Shown: positions 59,163 to 64,000 of the stretch, one piece after another
How positions within the stretch are numbered: position 1 is the first letter of the stretch
Layout of the letters: each line of letters starts with the position of its first letter
Assembly (NCBI GenBank): GCA_038214755.1
Contig: JBBQRQ010000001.1
Span: 1 to 64,000 of the forward strand
Source: Verrucomicrobiota bacterium
GTDB lineage: Bacteria > Verrucomicrobiota > Verrucomicrobiia > Limisphaerales > CANJXF01
Reading direction: 5' to 3'
Length of the DNA stretch: 64,000 nucleotides
The notes under the pieces: generated by a model
Told to the model about the DNA's origin: nothing
Seen by the model: only the letters and a program-made list of their open reading frames with translations
Databases searched by the model: none
Position numbers and translations under genes: made by a program

Positions 59163-60622
59163 AATGCCGCTTTCTCTTCGTGCCAATTCGTGGATTGCTC
59201 GTAGGCATGAGCGATTTTTAAAATCGTTTCTTCGCCAAAAGGTTTTCCGAGGAGTTGCAAACCGATGGGCAGTTTTGGGTTTGTCGTGAAGCCGCAGGGA
59301 ATACTGATCCCCGGAATGCCGGCGAGATTGCAGGAGATCGTGAAAATATCGGACAGATACATTTGCAACGGGTCGTCGGATTTTTCGCCGATTTTGAAAG
59401 CAGGCGTCGGAGTCGTTGGCGTGACGATGGCGTCCACTTTTTCAAACGCTTTCAGGAAATCCTGGCGGATGAGCGTGCGGACTTTTTGGGCGCGCAAATA
59501 AAATGCGTCGTAATAACCGCTGCTCAAAACGTAAGTGCCGAGGATGATGCGGCGTTTGACTTCCGCGCCGAATCCTGCGCCACGAGTGCGGCTGTAAAGT
59601 TCGTCGGGGCTCGTGCCTTCGACCCGCGCGCCGTAGCGGATGCCATCGAAGCGCGCGAGGTTGGCGCTGGCCTCGGCGGTGGCGACGATATAATAAGTTG
59701 CGACGGCGTAATCAGTGTGCGGCAAAGAAATTTCCACGATTTCCGCGCCCAGATTTTCGAGTTGCTTGACGGCTGTGTGGACCGCAGCGCTCACTTCAGG
59801 ATTCATCCCGCCGATCATGTATTCCTTTGGCAAACCCAGCCGCAGTCCTTTGATCTCGCCATTCAACGCCGCTGAATAATTTGCAACTGGTTGAGGAACA
59901 CTCGTGGAATCCCGATGGTCAACTCCGCTCATTACCTCGAGCAATATCGCCGCATCGCGCACGTCTTTTGTCAGCGGACCAATTTGATCGAGCGACGATG
60001 CAAATGCGACGAGACCGTATCGCGAAATGCGTCCGTAAGTTGGCTTGAGTCCGATGCAGCCACAGAGCGCGGCGGGTTGGCGAATCGAGCCGCCGGTGTC
60101 GGTGCCGAGTGATGCGAGACATTCGTCCGCTGCGACGGCTGCCGCCGAACCGCCGGATGAACCGCCGGGAATTCGCGTCGTGTCCCACGGATTTTTCGTG
60201 ACGCCGAACGCGGAATTTTCCGTCGAACTGCCCATGGCAAATTCATCCATGTTCAATCGGCCAAAAATAATTGCTCCAGCGGATTTTAATTTTTCAATGG
60301 CCGTCGCGTCATACGGCGAAATGAATTGGCCGAGAATTCCTGAGCCGCAATTCAGCGGCTGATTTTTCACGGCGAGCACGTCTTTGACGGCGATAGGAAT
60401 TCCGAGCAGCGGTCTTTGTAATTGCGTTGCGCCGCTGAAAATTTCTTTATCTGCGGCGTCAGCCTGGGCGAGAGCATCCGTCGCATCGTAAGAAATAAAA
60501 GCGTGAACTTTCCCCTCCACGCGCTGGATTTGGTCGAGGCACGATTGCATCGCTTCGCGCGCGGAGACTTCGCGCTTGGATAATTTTTCTGCGAGTTCGG
60601 AAATAGTGAGTTGGTTGAGCAT
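59159..60622 (-). CDS. gatA: Asp/Glu-tRNA amidotransferase subunit A
   Basis: [42 protein letters not shown]. Confidence 0.98.
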   Translation of the reverse strand: MLNQLTISELAEKLSKREVSAREAMQSCLDQIQRVEGKVHAFISYDATDALAQADAADKEIFSGATQLQRPLLGIPIAVKDVLAVKNQPLNCGSGILGQFISPYDATAIEKLKSAGAIIFGRLNMDEFAMGSSTENSAFGVTKNPWDTTRIPGGSSGGSAAAVAADECLASLGTDTGGSIRQPAALCGCIGLKPTYGRISRYGLVAFASSLDQIGPLTKDVRDAAILLEVMSGVDHRDSTSVPQPVANYSAALNGEIKGLRLGLPKEYMIGGMNPEVSAAVHTAVKQLENLGAEIVEISLPHTDYAVATYYIVATAEASANLARFDGIRYGARVEGTSPDELYSRTRGAGFGAEVKRRIILGTYVLSSGYYDAFYLRAQKVRTLIRQDFLKAFEKVDAIVTPTTPTPAFKIGEKSDDPLQMYLSDIFTISCNLAGIPGISIPCGFTTNPKLPIGLQLLGKPFGEETILKIAHAYEQSTNWHEEKAAL

Positions 60623-60626
60623 GAAG

Positions 60627-61016
60627 TTATTTCGTAGGAATTCCAAAAGCAGTGCGCGCCTCGTTGCGAAAGGCGCGACAGGTTTTCAGCGCGCGTTCGG
60701 CTTCCCCCTTCGTGAAAATACTTCCTGGGTAACGCGGCTGTATTGCGGAATTCGTCAAGTCTTTCAGAGCGGCGTGAAAAGCAACCCATAATGGTTCGAC
60801 GGCAACGGACTGGTTAAGCAATTGCTCCAGATCGTGGCTCTTGTAAAACTGGATTGAGGCTTCGTTCAACCGCGCCTTCAAATATTTTTCCACGCATTGC
60901 TGCGCATGAAAGCATACGGGCGCGAATAATGGCTTTTTCTTCAAGCGCGACAACGCGACCGCCGCTTGGAAATCTTCTTCCGCTTTCGTGATCCAATCGC
61001 GGGTGCTAGCCTTCAT
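60627..61016 (-). CDS. HEPN-domain protein
   Basis: [30 protein letters not shown]. Confidence 0.88.
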   Translation of the reverse strand: MKASTRDWITKAEEDFQAAVALSRLKKKPLFAPVCFHAQQCVEKYLKARLNEASIQFYKSHDLEQLLNQSVAVEPLWVAFHAALKDLTNSAIQPRYPGSIFTKGEAERALKTCRAFRNEARTAFGIPTK

Positions 61017-61386
61017 AAAGAACGACCCCGCGATTCATCACCAGTTCAATAAACATGTCCCGCTCTTGCAAACGCCTGGCAATAAATCCCGGCTTGCGCA
61101 CCAGTAAATCCAATGCAAAAGGTGCGTCAAAGCGCGCACGGATTTCTCGCGCTTTGTTTACTTCATTGCCACGAAATCCCAAGACGACGAGCAAATCCAC
61201 GTCCGACTCTGGCGTCGGCGTTCCGTAAGCATGAGAACCGAATAAAATGATCTTGCTGGGACGAAACTCACGCACCAGCCCATCGCAATAAGCCCGGATG
61301 TCCATCAGCGGCACGACCGACCGCGCTCCAGATTTGGAGGACCCCGCCATCTCCTGCGCCAAACCATTTTCAAGGCGTGGTTTCAT
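61006..61386 (-). CDS. Minimal nucleotidyltransferase (MNT)
   Basis: ILFGSHAYG..SDVDLLV. Confidence 0.88.
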   Translation of the reverse strand: MKPRLENGLAQEMAGSSKSGARSVVPLMDIRAYCDGLVREFRPSKIILFGSHAYGTPTPESDVDLLVVLGFRGNEVNKAREIRARFDAPFALDLLVRKPGFIARRLQERDMFIELVMNRGVVLYEG

Positions 61387-61664
61387 TCCACAATTTTTGG
61401 CACGAGAAAAAGCCCGTTCGCCTTCGAGGGCGCGTTGCGCAACGCCTCTTCGTTGGAAAGCGATGGGCGAATTTCGTCCGCGCGAAAAACATTGATCAGT
61501 GGCACAGCGTGGGCGGTTGGCTCGACATTGCTCACGTCCAATTCTTTCAATTTTTCGATGTAGCTGAGGATGTTCTTAAGTTGAACTCCGAGCTTTTCTT
61601 CCTCGTCCGGGGACAAGGCCACGCGCGCGAGGTGGGCGACGTACTTCACATCGAAATCTGACAT
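61383..61664 (-). CDS. gatC: Asp/Glu-tRNA amidotransferase subunit C
   Basis: VAHLARVAL, LDVSNVEPT, NAP..FLVPKIVE. Confidence 0.95.
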   Translation of the reverse strand: MSDFDVKYVAHLARVALSPDEEEKLGVQLKNILSYIEKLKELDVSNVEPTAHAVPLINVFRADEIRPSLSNEEALRNAPSKANGLFLVPKIVE

Positions 61665-61777
61665 GCGAAAAAATTACGGAGCGTGAATGAAACTTCAAGG
61701 TTCAAAAGCGGAGATGCGCTGCCTCAGATCTTTCTCAGAGTGTTTGCATTTGGTGAGGTGCGGGCCCGTACGTTCAC

Positions 61778-61985
61778 GGGCTGGAAGTGCTCCGGCAAAT
61801 GCACAGCCAGCCGCGAAAAAATATTGTCGTCGTCTTGACTTCTTCTGGCGCGGAATCCGACATCGAAACCGCCTACGAATTCGGCGCTAATTCTTATTTG
61901 CTCAAACCCAGCACAGTGGAAGAACGATTGGAACGGGTCAGAGATTTGGAAAAATATTGGCTGGGCCGAAATAAATGTCCGGGCC
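61778..61985 (+). pseudogene. C-terminal half of a response-regulator receiver domain
   Basis: GLEVLRQ..VVVLTSS..DIETAYEFGANSYLLKP..YWL; phospho-Asp half missing. Confidence 0.7.
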
Positions 61986-62018
61986 GCCTGGTACTGCGGC
62001 TACGGCGGTTAAGAAAAA

Positions 62019-62309
62019 TTACTCTTCGTCAAACTTCCGCCTCAGCAATGATTCGAGTTCTTCCAGAGCAGCACTGCCATCCTTGCCTTGGACGGAGACG
62101 GTAATTTTGCTCCCAGGCCCGGCGGCGAGCATCATCAAACCCATGATGCTTTTGCCATTTACTTTCTCGCCATCTTTCTCCACAAAGATTTCGCAATCGA
62201 ATCGGTTGGCCGTTTTGACGAACATGGCGGCGGGACGCGCGTGAATCCCCAGCTTGTTGGTGACGACAAGTTCTCGTTCATGGCCTGGGGTTAATTTCTT
62301 CGCGCTCAT
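62019..62309 (-). CDS. ptsH: HPr phosphocarrier protein
   Basis: GIHARPA, NGKSIMGLMML. Confidence 0.95.
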   Translation of the reverse strand: MSAKKLTPGHERELVVTNKLGIHARPAAMFVKTANRFDCEIFVEKDGEKVNGKSIMGLMMLAAGPGSKITVSVQGKDGSAALEELESLLRRKFDEE

Positions 62310-62348
62310 CAAAGTGATTCAGCCAAACAATATTTTTTGCAGAAAGTT

Positions 62349-63296
62349 TTACAAGCGCAGATTGCCCGACATTTGCGCCAGAAGCCGGTCGTTCAATTCC
62401 TGCGCCGGATTGTGGCCGGATGATTTGAGCTTCGTTTGAAACGCCGCGACCTCGATAAGCCGCGCCAAATCTCGTCCCGGTCGCACCGGAATTGTGATGT
62501 GCGAAATATCGATGCCCAAAATCTTCACGAATTGCTCGTCCATCCCGAGCCGATCGACATCATCGACTTGGTCCCATGATTTGAGAGTCACGACCAGATC
62601 GACCCGCTTTTCCTGGCGAATACTTTTGACGCCAAACATGGCCGCGACATTGATGATGCCGATGCCGCGCACCTCCATGTGATTGCGCGTGAGGTCCGCG
62701 CTGGTGCCGACCACTTCGCGTCCATCGATCACCGTGACGCGCGTGATGTCGTCGGAAACCAAACTGTAACCGCGATCGATCAGCGCCAGAACAGTTTCAC
62801 TTTTTCCAATGCCGCTCTCTCCGCGAATAATCACGCCGATGCCGAGAATATCGACCATGCTGCCAATGTCTGAGCCGCGCGGGGCGAACAACATTTCCAG
62901 CGCGAGCGTGGCGAGGTTGATAAACTTCATCGTGATCAGCGGACACTTGAACACCGGCACGTCCGCGGTCTCCGCAGCTTGCAACAAAAGTTTATCCGGC
63001 TGCAAATTGCGCGAAAAAACAACGCAGGGAATTTTGTGGGAAAATAAAGTTTGATAACGTTCTTTGCGTTCTTCGGTCGAGAGCGATTTCAAAAAAGTGA
63101 ATTCCGCATTGCCGATGACTTGAATGCGTTTGTTGGCGAAGTAGCGAGTGAAACCGGCCAGCGCGAGGCCCGGCCGATTCACCGTCGGCTCGCGAATCAC
63201 TCGCTTCAATCCGTTGGCGCCGGCAACGAGTTGCATTTGCAATGCGCCGGATTGCTCGCTGTAGAATCGCTCGACTGTGATGTCGTCTTGTTTCAT
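62349..63296 (-). CDS. hprK: HPr kinase/phosphorylase
   Basis: NRPGLALAG, GESGIGKSE, LVSDD, EVRGIGII, PGRDLA. Confidence 0.96.
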   Translation of the reverse strand: MKQDDITVERFYSEQSGALQMQLVAGANGLKRVIREPTVNRPGLALAGFTRYFANKRIQVIGNAEFTFLKSLSTEERKERYQTLFSHKIPCVVFSRNLQPDKLLLQAAETADVPVFKCPLITMKFINLATLALEMLFAPRGSDIGSMVDILGIGVIIRGESGIGKSETVLALIDRGYSLVSDDITRVTVIDGREVVGTSADLTRNHMEVRGIGIINVAAMFGVKSIRQEKRVDLVVTLKSWDQVDDVDRLGMDEQFVKILGIDISHITIPVRPGRDLARLIEVAAFQTKLKSSGHNPAQELNDRLLAQMSGNLRL

Positions 63297-63311
63297 GAGT
63301 GAAGGATAAAG

Positions 63312-63376
63312 CGTGAAACGTGAAACGTGAATTCCTATTTCACGCTTCACGTTTCACGTCTCACGCTTCGCGCTTC
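63312..63376. repeat. Inverted heptamer arrays (cgtgaaa/tttcacg)
   Basis: Hairpin between lptB and hprK. Confidence 0.8.
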
Positions 63377-63379
63377 ACT

Positions 63380-64000
63380 TCACATATTAAAATCCGGCCC
63401 CAGGTAAATCTCCCGCGCCTTCGGATCCTTTGCCAAAAATTCCGCCGACCCTTCGCGCAGGACTTCGCCTTTCACGATGATGTAGCCGCGGTCAATCAGC
63501 TTCAACATTTCGCGCACGCTGTGATCAGTGATTAAAATTCCCAAACTGCGATCGCGCAGACGGCGCACAATTTTTTGCACTTCGTACACGGCGATCGGAT
63601 CGATTCCGGCAAAAGGCTCATCGAGCAAAAGCAATTTCGGACTCGTCACCAGCGCGCGCGTGATTTCCAATCGGCGCTTTTCGCCGCCGCTCAAGGTGTA
63701 GGCTTTGTTTTTGGCGAGCGGCGCGAGATCCAATTCATCGAGCAAATATTTCAGCCGCGCTTTTCGCTCCGCTCCGTCTATTTTGCACGTCTCCAAAATG
63801 GCGAGAATATTTTGCTCAACCGTCAGCTTGCGAAACACCGACGGCTCCTGCGTAAGATAACCAATGCCAAGACGCGCGCGTTTGTGCATCGGCAACGTCG
63901 TGATTTCTTTTCCTTCAAACTTCACCGCGCCTTCGTCCGGCTTCACAATTCCGACGACCATGTTGAACGTCGTCGTTTTTCCCGCGCCATTGGGTCCGAG
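63380..64000 (-). CDS. lptB: LPS export ABC transporter ATP-binding protein (5' end outside the window)
   Basis: GPNGAGKTT at the window edge; LSGGEKRRLEI; DEPFAGIDP; ITDH; YLGPDF. Confidence 0.93.
   Translation of the reverse strand, partial: LGPNGAGKTTTFNMVVGIVKPDEGAVKFEGKEITTLPMHKRARLGIGYLTQEPSVFRKLTVEQNILAILETCKIDGAERKARLKYLLDELDLAPLAKNKAYTLSGGEKRRLEITRALVTSPKLLLLDEPFAGIDPIAVYEVQKIVRRLRDRSLGILITDHSVREMLKLIDRGYIIVKGEVLREGSAEFLAKDPKAREIYLGPDFNM

Overview
64-kb chromosomal window from a GC-rich bacterium that is very probably PVC superphylum, most likely Verrucomicrobia. This is inferred from the PSD1/DUF1549-DUF1553 plus DUF1501 pair, an H-X9-DG prepilin-like protein, sulfatases with an FGE-family protein, and futalosine-pathway MqnD. 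The core backbone is hflX, radC, lpxA, recA, ilvB (with an unannotated Ile/Leu/Val leader-peptide attenuator), tRNA-Arg(CCG), gatC/gatA and ptsH-hprK-lptB. It is interleaved with sugar/sulfate catabolic genes, many type II toxin-antitoxin modules and their relics, many families of REP-like palindromes, and a Y1 (RAYT/IS200-like) transposase. The most striking signal is a recurring architecture seen four times: an intact gene, then small cargo genes, then a stranded second copy of part of the same gene's 3' region. In three of the four cases the aligned core differs only at synonymous positions, which points to gene capture by allele replacement from related lineages; no integrase is seen in the window. 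Other notable items: palindromic elements inserted in frame inside proteins, a Dual-OB + 2xDUF488 module after recA, a shattered TIR-Roc-DUF4365-like gene, a MITE-like element and a terminase relic beside the tRNA. No rRNA or CRISPR array was seen. All family assignments are from motif recognition by eye, not database searches.
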